Shown: positions 9,912-18,849 of the stretch, piece after piece
Numbering within the stretch: the stretch's first letter is position 1
How the letters are laid out: the number at the start of each line of letters is the position of its first letter
Assembly (NCBI GenBank): GCA_036149055.1
Contig: JAYZQJ010000249.1
Coordinates: 1 to 46,699, forward strand
DNA from: Myxococcota bacterium
Lineage (GTDB): Bacteria; Myxococcota_A; Polyangia; Polyangiales; Sandaracinaceae
Length of the DNA: 46,699 nucleotides
Reading direction: 5' to 3'
Program-made: the position numbers and the translations under genes
The notes under the pieces: model-generated
Databases searched by the model: none
Told to the model about the DNA's origin: nothing
The model's input: the letters and a program-made list of their open reading frames with translations, nothing else

Positions 9912-11996
9912 ATGCGACCCCGCGAGGCCCTCACCTTCCTCACGCTCGCCGCGCTCGCGGCCGGCGCCTGCGACGACCGACCGGCCGCCCGGACCCCTCG
10001 CGGCTCCGTCGAGGCGCCGGACGGGCCCGACGAGGCCGAGCCCCGGTCTCCCCTGGACGCCCCGTCTCCCCTGGACGCCCTCGCCTCGCCGCCGCCCTTC
10101 GACGCGGAGCTGGTCGAGGAGCTCCGCCGCGCGCTCGTGCGCTCGGCCGATCCCAGCGGCTTCGAGGGCGCGCCCGACTACGGGGCCGAGCCCGAGGAGC
10201 TCGCCGACGAGACGCCGACCGGGCCGCAGGTCACGCCGGACGAGATGGACACCCGGGCGCTGGCGGAGGAGCCGGAGCCCGGCGAGGTCGGCCCGCGCGC
10301 GACGGTGAACCCGCGCCTCTTCCGCCGCGCGCCGCGCGCCACCCTCGCCCCCGACGGCGAGGTCACGGTGCGCTTCGCGGTGACCCGCGCGGTGCCCGCG
10401 GCGAGCCTCTACTACGGCACCGAGGTGCCCGAGGACCCCTTCGCGCTCGCGCGCCTCCGGCGGGTCTCGTCCGAGCTGTCGATCGAAGATGGCGCCCACA
10501 CCCTGCGCTTCGATGTGCGGCGGCTGCTCCGCGCCAAGTACGACGTCGGGCGCGTGCTCGAGCGCGGCGTCGGCGTCCTGCGCTGGCGGGTCGAGGCGCT
10601 CGATCCGACGCACGGCACGACCCGGGTGCACGACGGCCGCACCGCGTTCTCCTGCACGCCGACGCCCTGCACCGAGGACTCGGAGCTCGTGCAGCTGCCG
10701 ACGGTGGTGCTCGGGCCCTTCGTCGATCGCGTCGACCACGAGAGCGCCACCCTCAGCTTCGAGACCGACGTGCCGACCGCCGCGCTGGTGGCCGCGCGGA
10801 GCGAAGGAGGTCGAGTGCGTCAGGGCCGCTCGCCGATCGGCACCTGGCACGAGATCCGGCTGACCGGCCTGCGGCCCGGCGTGCGCTACCGCTACCTCCC
10901 GCTGGTGGTCGACGGCCGCGGCCGGATCGCCGAGGGCCGGAGCGCGACGTTCTCGACCTGGCCGGCGCCGGACGAGGACACGCGGCTGACCTTCGCGGTC
11001 CTGAGCGACAGCCGGAGCGGGCTCGGCACGGCCGACGAGCAGTACGCCGGCACGAACCGCCAGGTGCTCGGGGACCTGATGCTCGGCGCGCTGCGCGAGG
11101 GGGCGCGCTTCACCGTCTTCGTCGGCGACCTGATCGACGGCTATCGCACCCACGCCGGCGCGGTGCGCTACGAGCTGCGCGCCTGGCAGAAGGCCATCGA
11201 GCCGGTGGGCGCCTCGATGCCGATCTACGAGGCGATGGGCAACCACGAGGCGCTCATCGAGTACTGGACGCCGGGCTGGGCGATCGGCGCGGTCTCCCCC
11301 ACCAGCATGGAGGCGCTCTTCGCCGAGCGCTTCGTCAACCCGGACAACGGCCCCGTGGCCGCCGACGGCGCCCCGCCCTACGACGAGAACGTCTACTCGT
11401 TCGACGCCGGGCCCGCGCACCTCGCGGTGATCAACTCCAACTACTTCTGGCGCTCGCACTTCTGGCGCGACGATCACCCGGCCGCCGGCCGCGGCTTCGG
11501 CGAGGGCTGGGTCGACGACGCGCAGCTCGAGTGGCTCGACGCCGACCTCGCCGCCGCGCGCGAGCGAGGCCAGCGGCACCTCTTCGTCTTCACCCACGAG
11601 CCCGGCTTCCCGAACGGCGGCCACGTGTCCGACGGCATGTGGTGGGAGGGACGCCACCCCGAGATGCTCGCCCAGCGGGACCGCCTCTTCCGCCTCCTCG
11701 CCCGTCACGGCGTGGCCGCCATCTTCCACGGCGACGAGCACAACTACAGCCGCACCCGCGTGCACGACGGCCTCGTCGACGGGCTCGAGCGTCCGCTCTG
11801 GCAGGTGATCAGCGGCGGCGCCGGCGCCCCCTACTACGCCCAGGAGCGCGGGGTGCCGTGGGCCGCGGACGTGCGCGCCTTCGACGCCCGGCAGCACTTC
11901 GTGCTCGTCGAGATCGACGGCGACGACGCCCGGGCCCGCGTGGTCTCGCGGACCGGGGAGACCCTCGACCGCTTCGACCTCACCGACGCGCGGTAG
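9912..11996 (+). CDS. Secreted metallophosphoesterase (purple-acid-phosphatase-like, FN3 plus calcineurin-like domain), lipoprotein
   Basis: Lipobox AGAC. HEIRLTGLRPGVRYRY FN3-like segment. SDSR, GDLID, GNHE, THEP and HGDEH metal-ligand motifs. Confidence 0.85.
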   Translation: MRPREALTFLTLAALAAGACDDRPAARTPRGSVEAPDGPDEAEPRSPLDAPSPLDALASPPPFDAELVEELRRALVRSADPSGFEGAPDYGAEPEELADETPTGPQVTPDEMDTRALAEEPEPGEVGPRATVNPRLFRRAPRATLAPDGEVTVRFAVTRAVPAASLYYGTEVPEDPFALARLRRVSSELSIEDGAHTLRFDVRRLLRAKYDVGRVLERGVGVLRWRVEALDPTHGTTRVHDGRTAFSCTPTPCTEDSELVQLPTVVLGPFVDRVDHESATLSFETDVPTAALVAARSEGGRVRQGRSPIGTWHEIRLTGLRPGVRYRYLPLVVDGRGRIAEGRSATFSTWPAPDEDTRLTFAVLSDSRSGLGTADEQYAGTNRQVLGDLMLGALREGARFTVFVGDLIDGYRTHAGAVRYELRAWQKAIEPVGASMPIYEAMGNHEALIEYWTPGWAIGAVSPTSMEALFAERFVNPDNGPVAADGAPPYDENVYSFDAGPAHLAVINSNYFWRSHFWRDDHPAAGRGFGEGWVDDAQLEWLDADLAAARERGQRHLFVFTHEPGFPNGGHVSDGMWWEGRHPEMLAQRDRLFRLLARHGVAAIFHGDEHNYSRTRVHDGLVDGLERPLWQVISGGAGAPYYAQERGVPWAADVRAFDARQHFVLVEIDGDDARARVVSRTGETLDRFDLTDAR

Positions 11997-11999
11997 CGG

Positions 12000-13154
12000 T
12001 CACCGCCGGCAGCCGATGCGCTCGGTGGCCACGACGACGTCGTCGTAGAGGATGGTCTGCTCGTCCGAGACGGTGAGCCCGCGCGCCTCCATGTTCATCC
12101 GCCGACGCGCGCTCGAGTTGCGCTCGTAGTAGGCGTCGAGGAAGAGCTCGCGGAACTGCACGTCCTCGCTCGAGCGGAAGTCGAAGCCCTCGAACGGCTC
12201 CGGTGGGGTGCAGGCGCTGAACTCGCAGCCGCCGGTGTGGAACTGGTCCCGCAGCCAGGTGCCGTCGGGGTGCCCGGGCCGGAAGTCGCCGACCGGCGCG
12301 TCGTCGATCCAGAAGCTCAGCTCGCCGTCCTGGGCGCCGACCGTGTTCGCCTTCGCGTGGATCTCGATGCAGAACCAGCGGTCCCGGGGGAACGGGTCCT
12401 GCCCCGGCGGCCGGAAGACGTTGCCGTAGTGGTAGGTCGTGCCCTGGTCGCCCGCGCAGCCCGGCGTGGTGCTGCCGTCGTTGCAGCGCCCCGAGCGCAT
12501 CCGATACCAGTACGCGTAGAAGTTGAAGACGTCGTCGATGTTGGCGTCGAAGTCGAACCAGAATCCGCGGTCGCCCGGCGGCACCGTGTTGGCGCGCCCG
12601 CTCGAGCCCCAGGTCTCGTCCCCGGCGGAGAAGCGCACCCAGTGATGCGGGTTGGGCGCGACGTTCGGGAAGCGCGCGTGGAACCGCCACCACACCTCGT
12701 CGGCCGGCGCGTGCTGCACCCGGGTCGACGACGAGATGTACATGTCCTCGGCGAGGTCGGCGGTGGTGACCGTCGAGCGCAGGTAGCGCTCGCCAGCGTG
12801 GGCCTCGGGGCCGGACTCGAGGTGGAGGTAGCGCGTGTCGGCCGTCGGTCGGTCCCAGCGCCCCCAGCCGGACTCGAAGTCGTCGTGGAACAGCACCGCC
12901 GGATCGTCGGCGATGCCCACGTCGCCCGGGTAGCGATCGCGCAGCCAGCCCTCGCCTCCGCTGCCCGCGTCGGCCTCGGTCGACGCGTCCTCGCCCGGCG
13001 CGGCGTCCGGCGTCGGCGCGCGAGCGTCCCGGGGATCGTCCCCTCCATCCCGCGCGGCGACGCGCGCGTCGGAGCCGCCTCCGTCCGCTACGCCCTCACC
13101 TCCGTCACAGCCGAGGAGACCGAGGGCGAGCGCGAGGGCGAGGCGGATGGGCAT
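12000..13154 (-). CDS. Lipoprotein with probable jelly-roll (polysaccharide lyase/ConA-like) domain
   Basis: Lipobox LLGC. FHDDFESG, RDRWFCIEIH..DGELSFWIDD and ILYDDVVVATERIG beta-sandwich pattern. Function is inferred only. Confidence 0.6.
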   Translation of the reverse strand: MPIRLALALALGLLGCDGGEGVADGGGSDARVAARDGGDDPRDARAPTPDAAPGEDASTEADAGSGGEGWLRDRYPGDVGIADDPAVLFHDDFESGWGRWDRPTADTRYLHLESGPEAHAGERYLRSTVTTADLAEDMYISSSTRVQHAPADEVWWRFHARFPNVAPNPHHWVRFSAGDETWGSSGRANTVPPGDRGFWFDFDANIDDVFNFYAYWYRMRSGRCNDGSTTPGCAGDQGTTYHYGNVFRPPGQDPFPRDRWFCIEIHAKANTVGAQDGELSFWIDDAPVGDFRPGHPDGTWLRDQFHTGGCEFSACTPPEPFEGFDFRSSEDVQFRELFLDAYYERNSSARRRMNMEARGLTVSDEQTILYDDVVVATERIGCRR

Positions 13155-13251
13155 GGGGGCCATTGTGATCGAGCCGCGGCGCGGCGACCTCTAATTCTCG
13201 CTGAGCCGCTCTCATGAGCGCGCCCCGCGAACGTGCTATAGGCGCCTTCCC

Positions 13252-13325
13252 GCTCCCGTAGCTCAGCTGGATAGAGCAGCGGCTTCCTAAGCCGAAGGTC
13301 ACAGGTTCGAATCCTGTCGGGAGTG
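13252..13325 (+). tRNA. tRNA-Arg(CCT)
   Basis: GCTCCCG acceptor, TAGCTCAGCTGGATAGAGC D arm, anticodon loop TT-CCT-AA, GGTTCGAATCC T loop. CCA not encoded. TG-n-TATAGG just upstream. Confidence 0.96.
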
Positions 13326-13363
13326 CTCGAGCGCTTGCGGTACCCTCGGCCCCGGGAGGACGC

Positions 13364-13789
13364 ATGCGACGACTTGGAATCGTGCTCGCGCTCGGGCTCG
13401 CGGGCTGCTCGACCGGCGTGGTGCTGACCGACGAGGGCACCCAGGTCCAGAACGTGTCGGACGTGGACATGCCGACCGGCTGCAACCTGCTCGGCGACGT
13501 GCGCATCGGCATCCCGCCGGACGCGGCGATGCCGAGCACCCGGGACGAGCTCGCCATCCTCATGCGCAACAAGGCGGGCGCCATGGGCGGCACCCACGTC
13601 GTGCTCGAGCAGGCGGAGGAGCGGCAGCGCGCCAACGGCGAGCCCTACTTCCGCGGGCGAGGGCGCGCCTACGCGTGCCCCGACGAGGTGCGCGGCCCGC
13701 CCGAGGAGACGAGCGGCGGCGAGGCCCCCGCCGAGGAGGACGAGGGCGGCGGCAGCCTGATGACCGACGAAGACGCCGAGCTTCTATGA
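13364..13789 (+). CDS. Small lipoprotein, DUF4156-like
   Basis: Lipobox LAGC. LTDEGTQV..GCNLLGDV..LMRNKAGAMGGTHVV..GRAYAC pattern. GGAGG RBS. Confidence 0.75.
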   Translation: MRRLGIVLALGLAGCSTGVVLTDEGTQVQNVSDVDMPTGCNLLGDVRIGIPPDAAMPSTRDELAILMRNKAGAMGGTHVVLEQAEERQRANGEPYFRGRGRAYACPDEVRGPPEETSGGEAPAEEDEGGGSLMTDEDAELL

Positions 13790-13794
13790 GCGCT

Positions 13795-14325
13795 TCAATA
13801 AGTGAGCAGCGAGTAGACGTCGGTGCCGTCGAGCTTGGACTTCCCGTTCAGGAAGCCGAGCTCGATCACGAAGCCGACGCCTAGCACCTCGGCGCCCTGC
13901 CCCTTCGCCAGCTTCACGGTGGCCGCCGCGGTGCCGCCGGTGGCGATGACGTCGTCGATGATGACCACCCGCTCGCCCTGCTCGAGGGCGTCGGCGTGGA
14001 GCTCGAGCGCGTCGCTCCCGTACTCGAGCGCGTACTCGACCCGGTGGGTCTCCCGCGGGAGCTTGCCGGGCTTGCGGGCCGGCACGAAGCTCGCGCTCAT
14101 GCGGGCGGCGAGCGCGGCGCCGAAGATGAAGCCGCGGCTCTCGATGCCGATCACGCTGTCGACCCGATCGCCGGCCCAGCGCTCGGCGAAGAGGTCGAGG
14201 CACGCGGTGAAGACCTTGGGCGCGGCCAGGAGCGGGGTGATGTCCTTGAAGACGATCCCCTCCTTCGGGAAGTCGGGGACGTCGCGCACGTGGGCGCGCA
14301 GCAGCTCGATCCGGTCGTCGTTCAT
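13795..14325 (-). CDS. apt: Adenine phosphoribosyltransferase
   Basis: VPDFPKEGIVFKDITPLL, GIESRGFIFG, RKPGKLP, YALEYG and VIIDDVIATGGT (PRPP-binding). Confidence 0.97.
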   Translation of the reverse strand: MNDDRIELLRAHVRDVPDFPKEGIVFKDITPLLAAPKVFTACLDLFAERWAGDRVDSVIGIESRGFIFGAALAARMSASFVPARKPGKLPRETHRVEYALEYGSDALELHADALEQGERVVIIDDVIATGGTAAATVKLAKGQGAEVLGVGFVIELGFLNGKSKLDGTDVYSLLTY

Positions 14326-15101
14326 TCTTCACCCTCCCCTGCGCCCGGGCCCGCCACCCAGGCCGCCAGGCCCAAGTCGTCGGGATCGGTCGCGTCGATG
14401 CTCAGGGGCGTGACGCTGATGCAGCCCGCGTCCACCGCCTCCGTGTCCGAGCCTTCCACCGGCTCGTGGTGCGCCTTCGGCCCACCGATCCAGAAGTACT
14501 CCTTGCCGCGCGGATCCTGCCGCACGTCGACCTCGTCCAGATACACCCGGCGGCCGAGCCGGGTCGCGCGGACGGCGGCGTAGGGCGCCTCGGGCGGGAA
14601 GTTCACGTTGAGCAGCGCGCCGCGCTCGCCCTCCTCGGTGCCCGGCGCGGCCAGCATCTTGGCCACCAGCAGGGCCCCGGCCTCGGCCGCCCGCTCGAAC
14701 GAGCCCTTCGGGCCGAGCGAGAACGCCATCGAGGGGATGCCGCGCAGGGCCGCCTCGCGCGCCGCCGCCACCGTGCCCGAGTAGAAGATGTCGGTCCCGA
14801 GGTTGTAGCCGTGGTTGATCCCGCTCACGACGAGATCCGGCCAGCGCGGCAGGAAGTGCTCGCGGTAGAGCGCCACGTAGATGCAGTCGGCCGGCGTGCC
14901 GTCGACCGAGTGCACGTGCTCCTCGAGGGTGCGGTGGCGGAGCGGGCGGTGCAGCGTCAGCGAGTGGCTGTTGGCGGACTGCTCGCGGTCGGGCGCCACC
15001 ACCACCAGGTCGGCGAGCGGGAGCAGCGCCTCGCGCAGCGCGCGCAGCCCGTGGGCGGCGACGCCGTCGTCGTTGGACATCAGGATGAGGGGGCGCGGCA
15101 T
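14322..15101 (-). CDS. surE: 5'/3'-nucleotidase SurE
   Basis: ILMSNDDG, VVAPDREQSA, GTPADC, SGINHGYNLG..YSGTVAAA, LNVNFP. Stop overlaps the apt start (ATGA). Confidence 0.97.
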   Translation of the reverse strand: MPRPLILMSNDDGVAAHGLRALREALLPLADLVVVAPDREQSANSHSLTLHRPLRHRTLEEHVHSVDGTPADCIYVALYREHFLPRWPDLVVSGINHGYNLGTDIFYSGTVAAAREAALRGIPSMAFSLGPKGSFERAAEAGALLVAKMLAAPGTEEGERGALLNVNFPPEAPYAAVRATRLGRRVYLDEVDVRQDPRGKEYFWIGGPKAHHEPVEGSDTEAVDAGCISVTPLSIDATDPDDLGLAAWVAGPGAGEGEE

Positions 15102-15157
15102 GGGCGCCGAGGGTAGCGCGACCGCTGGCAGCGCGCCGACCCGGACTCGCGCGAATG

Positions 15158-15190
15158 AAAAAAGGCCGCGGAGCTGGGGGCCCCGCGGCC
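15158..15190 (-). terminator. Intrinsic terminator downstream of tRNA-Pro
   Basis: GGCCGCGG (15164-15171) / CCGCGGCC (15183-15190) stem with A6 at 15158-15163. Confidence 0.8.
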
Positions 15191-15208
15191 ATTCGAACTT
15201 CCTCGTAG

Positions 15209-15283
15209 TCGGGGCGACTGGATTCGAACCAGCGACCCCCAGACCCCCAGTCTGGTGCGCTAACCAGGCTGCGCTACGCCCCG
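15209..15283 (-). tRNA. tRNA-Pro(GGG)
   Basis: Minus strand CGGGGCGTAGCGCAGCCTGGTTAGCGCA-CCAGA-CT-GGG-GG-TCTGG..GGTTCGAATCC..CGCCCCGA. CCA not encoded. Confidence 0.97.
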
Positions 15284-15314
15284 GAGGATTCCCCGGCCGA
15301 AACCGAGGAGCGCG

Positions 15315-15342
15315 AGCGTAGCGGGATTCTCTTCGCTGGCAA
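15315..15342 (-). promoter_or_regulatory. Putative sigma70 promoter of tRNA-Pro
   Basis: TTGCCA-N16-TACGCT on the minus strand. Confidence 0.55.
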
Positions 15343-15350
15343 GCGAAACG

Positions 15351-15815
15351 TCACCGTTCGCGCTCACGACGTGCACGAGAGACGGGGACCGCGCGATGCA
15401 CGGTCACCTCGTGGGGCGTCTCCGCCTCCTTCTCCTCGTCCTCGGCGATCGCGTCGAGGCGATCGAGCAGGCCCACGAGCTCCTCCCGGAGACCGAGGAG
15501 CGCCGCCCGGAGCTCCATCTCGGCCGACGCCTTCTTCGGCAGCGTCGCCCCGCTCCGATCGTGGCCGAGCTCCCGCATGCGCTTGCGCGCGCCGGCGATC
15601 GTGTAGCCCTGGTCGTGCACCAGCTGCTTGATGAGCATCGCCAGCTCCACGTCGCGCCGCCGGTACTGCCGGTGCGAGCCGCGCGTCTTCATGGGCTTGA
15701 GCGCGTTGAACTCGCCCTCCCAGTAGCGCAGCACGTGCGGCTTCACGCCGACGATCTCGGCGACCTCGCCGATGCGGAAGAAGAGCTTGTCCGGAAGCGG
15801 TCGGGGCGGTGACAT
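15351..15815 (-). CDS. MerR-family HTH regulator (ihfA-associated)
   Basis: LPDKLFFRIGEVAEIVGVKPHVLRYWE..HRQYRRRDV..GYTIAGAR. Usual position between ihfA and tRNA-Pro. Confidence 0.92.
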   Translation of the reverse strand: MSPPRPLPDKLFFRIGEVAEIVGVKPHVLRYWEGEFNALKPMKTRGSHRQYRRRDVELAMLIKQLVHDQGYTIAGARKRMRELGHDRSGATLPKKASAEMELRAALLGLREELVGLLDRLDAIAEDEEKEAETPHEVTVHRAVPVSRARRERER

Positions 15816-15901
15816 GGGCGGAGAGAGACGGACGGATACCACGCCGCGACCTCAGGCCGCTGCGACCGCCGACGATTCCAAAGAGTGGCTGAGGGCCGAC
15901 C

Positions 15902-16255
15902 TCAGTCGCGGGACTGGAGCGGCTCGTGGCGGGGCGCCTCGGCGCGCGGCTCCTCGTCGGGCGCGTCGTCCTGGCGGTGCGGGTTCAGGATGCCCTTGAG
16001 GACCTGGCTGGGCTTGAAGGTGAGCACGCGACGCGCGGAGATCGGGATGGGCGCGCCGGTCTGCGGGTTGCGGCCGACGCGCTCCTTCTTCTCGCGGACG
16101 ACGAAGTTGCCGAAGCCGGAGATCTTGATCTTCTCCCCGGCAGCGAGGGTCTCTTTCATCGTGTCGAAGACGGCCTCGACGACCTCGGCCGCCTCCTTCT
16201 TCGAGAAGCCCCCGACCCTCTCGTAGACGCTGTCGACGATCTCGGCTTTGGTCAT
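15902..16255 (-). CDS. ihfA: Integration host factor subunit alpha
   Basis: MTKAEIVDSVYE..KISGFGNFVVREKKERVGRNPQTG..ISARRVLTFKPS; follows pheT. Confidence 0.95.
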   Translation of the reverse strand: MTKAEIVDSVYERVGGFSKKEAAEVVEAVFDTMKETLAAGEKIKISGFGNFVVREKKERVGRNPQTGAPIPISARRVLTFKPSQVLKGILNPHRQDDAPDEEPRAEAPRHEPLQSRD

Positions 16256-16317
16256 CGCCCGGCCTCCCAACGGAGGAGTAGGTAATCACGAAAGCCGTGG
16301 AATCTCAAGCGCCTGCG

Positions 16318-18831
16318 TCACTCGCGCAGGCTGGCGCCGAGCTGGCTCGTCGCGGCCTTCTTCACCGCGGCGTGCGCCTTCTCCACGCGCTTGTCCGTCA
16401 GCGTCGCGTCCGGGTCGCGGTAGACGATGCGATAGGCGAGGCTCTTCTTCCCCTCCGGGACACCCTTGCCTTCGTACACGTCGAAGAGCTGCACGTCCTC
16501 GGCGAGCGCGCCGCCGGCTTCGCGCAGCGCGTCCTGCACCGCGCCCGCCTCGAGCTCGCGCGGCACGAGCAGCGCCAGATCGCGGGTCACCGCGGGGAAA
16601 CGCGGCAGCGGCCGGGCCTGCGGGACGCCCGCGCCCTCGAGCGCGCCGAGCAGCGCGTCGACCTGCACGGTCGCGTACACGACCCGCACGTCGAGGTCCC
16701 AGTCGTCGCCCACGCCGGGGTGGATCTCGCCGAGCGCGCCGACGTCGACGCCCCGGACGCGCACGCGGGCGCGGCGACGCGGGTGCAACGAGGGGTGCTC
16801 TTCTGCGAGCGCGTCGTCGAGCGCGATCTCGGGGTGGACCCCGAAGGCGGCCTCGAGGATCGAGACCAGCGCGCCCTTGCCGTCGTAGAAGTCGTAGCGG
16901 CCGCCCTCCCCCACCTGGGTGACCCGCTCGCCGGCGAGCACGAGGCCGAGCTCGAGCCGCTCCTCGGGGAGCGCCTCGCCGGCCCGCGGCAGGTAGGTGC
17001 GCGCCACCTCGAAGAGCGAGACCGAGCGGGACTGATGCCGCCGGGCCCGGGCCACGTCCGAGAGGAGCCCGGGGAGCAGCGAGGTGCGCATCACCGCGCG
17101 CTCCTCGCTCAGCGGGTTCGCCAGCGCGACGCCGTTCGTCTCGACGCGGCTGCGCGCGAGCTCGGCCTCCGAGACGAACGAGAAGTTCACCGCCTCGAGC
17201 AGGCCGAGATCGGCGGCCGCCTCCTTCAGGCGACGCGCGGCGCGCTGGCGGGTCGAGATGCCGCGCCCCGACGGCAGCACCCGCGGGAGCTCGGTCGGGA
17301 TCGCGTCGTAGCCGCGGATGCGCGCGACCTCCTCGACCAGGTCCTCGGGCCGGCCGAGATCCGGGCGCCAGGTGGGCGCGCTGACCCGCCACCCGCGCTC
17401 CTCGCCGGGGGAGATCGCGCAGCCGATCGCGTCCAGCGCCTTGCGGCTCTCGCCGTCCTCGATCGGCGCGCCGATCAGGCGGCGCACGTGATCGGGGTCG
17501 AGCGCGATCTGGGCGGAGCGCACCGGCTCCGGGTACACGTCGCGCGCGATCGGCGCGGCGGCGCCGTCGGCCAGCGCGCAGAGCAACGTCGCGGCCCGGC
17601 GCATCGCCCACGGCACGCCGTTGGGATCGACGCCGCGCTCGAAGCGGTGGCTCGAGTCGGTGTGGAGGCCGAGCCGACGGCTGGTGCGCCGGATGGAGCG
17701 CGGGTCGAAGTACGCCACCTCGATCAGCACGTCACGCGTCTCGGGCCGGATCTCGGTGTCCGCGCCGCCCATCACGCCGGCCACGGCCACCGGGCCGCCG
17801 CCGTCGCAGATGAGCAGATCGTCGTCGGTGAACGTCCGCTCGACCTCGTCGAGCGTCGCCATCGTCTCGCCGTCCTTCGCCCGCCGCACGACGATCTCCG
17901 GCCCGCGGAGGCGCGCGAGATCGAACGCGTGGATCGGATGGCCGAGCTCGAAGAGCACGAGGTTGGTCACGTCGACGACGTTGTCGATCGCGCGCAGGCC
18001 CAGCACGTGGAGCCGGTAGCGGAGCCAGAACGGCGATCGCCCGACCTTCACCCCCTGCACGACGCCGCCGGCGTAGCGCGGGCAGCGCGACGGATCTTCG
18101 ACCCGGATCGGGACGAGGGACGGAACCCCCGGGCGGGGATCGACGAGGGTCAGGGTGTCGTTGGCCGGGGCGTTGGGCCCCTCGACCAGGGCGAGCTCGG
18201 AGGCGATCTCGCCCTTCTCGACCCCGGAGATCAGACGGTTCGGGAAGCCCGGGCTCGGGCTGCCGAAGGCGACGTCGAACGCGAGCGCGACCTCGCGGGC
18301 GAGGCCCACGTGCCCGAGGCAGTCCGGGCGGTTCGGGGTCAGCCCGATCTCGAAGACGTGGTCCTCGAGCGAGAGCGCCTCGCGCGCGAGCTGACCGGGC
18401 TTGCCCGGATCGCCGGGGGCGAGCACCACGATGCCCGCCTCGCCCGCGCCGATCTCGAGCTCGGTCTCGCTGCAGAGCATGCCGCTCGAGACCACGCCGC
18501 CGACCTCGCGCTCGGCGATCGCGAAGTCGCCCGGGAGCACCGCGCCCGGCTTCGCGAGCAGCACCCGGCCGCCCCGGCTCGGGACGTTGGGCGCGCCGCA
18601 GATCACCTTCCGCTCGCCCTCCCCGTCGAAGACGGTGACGAGCTGGAGCTTGTCCTTGTCGGGCACCGCCTCGACGGCGCGCACCTCGGCGACCACCACG
18701 TGATCGAGGTGCTGCCCGTGGACCTCGACGTCCTCCACTTCGAGGCCGAGGCGGGTCAGGCGATCCGCGACGTCGGCGGGCGACGCGTCCACGCCCGAGA
18801 GCTCGCAGAGCCAGCGATGAGAAGCCTTCAT
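16318..18831 (-). CDS. pheT: Phenylalanine-tRNA ligase beta subunit
   Basis: ICGAPNV, SGMLCS, LTPNRPDCL, NVVDVTN, HPIHAFDL, RFERGVDP, EDLVEEVARIRGY, NPLSEE, FDVYEG..KKSLAY. Confidence 0.98.
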   Translation of the reverse strand: MKASHRWLCELSGVDASPADVADRLTRLGLEVEDVEVHGQHLDHVVVAEVRAVEAVPDKDKLQLVTVFDGEGERKVICGAPNVPSRGGRVLLAKPGAVLPGDFAIAEREVGGVVSSGMLCSETELEIGAGEAGIVVLAPGDPGKPGQLAREALSLEDHVFEIGLTPNRPDCLGHVGLAREVALAFDVAFGSPSPGFPNRLISGVEKGEIASELALVEGPNAPANDTLTLVDPRPGVPSLVPIRVEDPSRCPRYAGGVVQGVKVGRSPFWLRYRLHVLGLRAIDNVVDVTNLVLFELGHPIHAFDLARLRGPEIVVRRAKDGETMATLDEVERTFTDDDLLICDGGGPVAVAGVMGGADTEIRPETRDVLIEVAYFDPRSIRRTSRRLGLHTDSSHRFERGVDPNGVPWAMRRAATLLCALADGAAAPIARDVYPEPVRSAQIALDPDHVRRLIGAPIEDGESRKALDAIGCAISPGEERGWRVSAPTWRPDLGRPEDLVEEVARIRGYDAIPTELPRVLPSGRGISTRQRAARRLKEAAADLGLLEAVNFSFVSEAELARSRVETNGVALANPLSEERAVMRTSLLPGLLSDVARARRHQSRSVSLFEVARTYLPRAGEALPEERLELGLVLAGERVTQVGEGGRYDFYDGKGALVSILEAAFGVHPEIALDDALAEEHPSLHPRRRARVRVRGVDVGALGEIHPGVGDDWDLDVRVVYATVQVDALLGALEGAGVPQARPLPRFPAVTRDLALLVPRELEAGAVQDALREAGGALAEDVQLFDVYEGKGVPEGKKSLAYRIVYRDPDATLTDKRVEKAHAAVKKAATSQLGASLRE

Positions 18832-18849
18832 CGTTCGTGTCCCGTCCGT

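Noticed and set aside
8676..12076. 1073-aa and 1109-aa ORFs, and similar giants at 16297-19854, 22815-26269, 32276-36731
   Set aside because: Arg/Pro/Gly-rich shadow frames overlapping well-supported genes; expected in very high-GC DNA.
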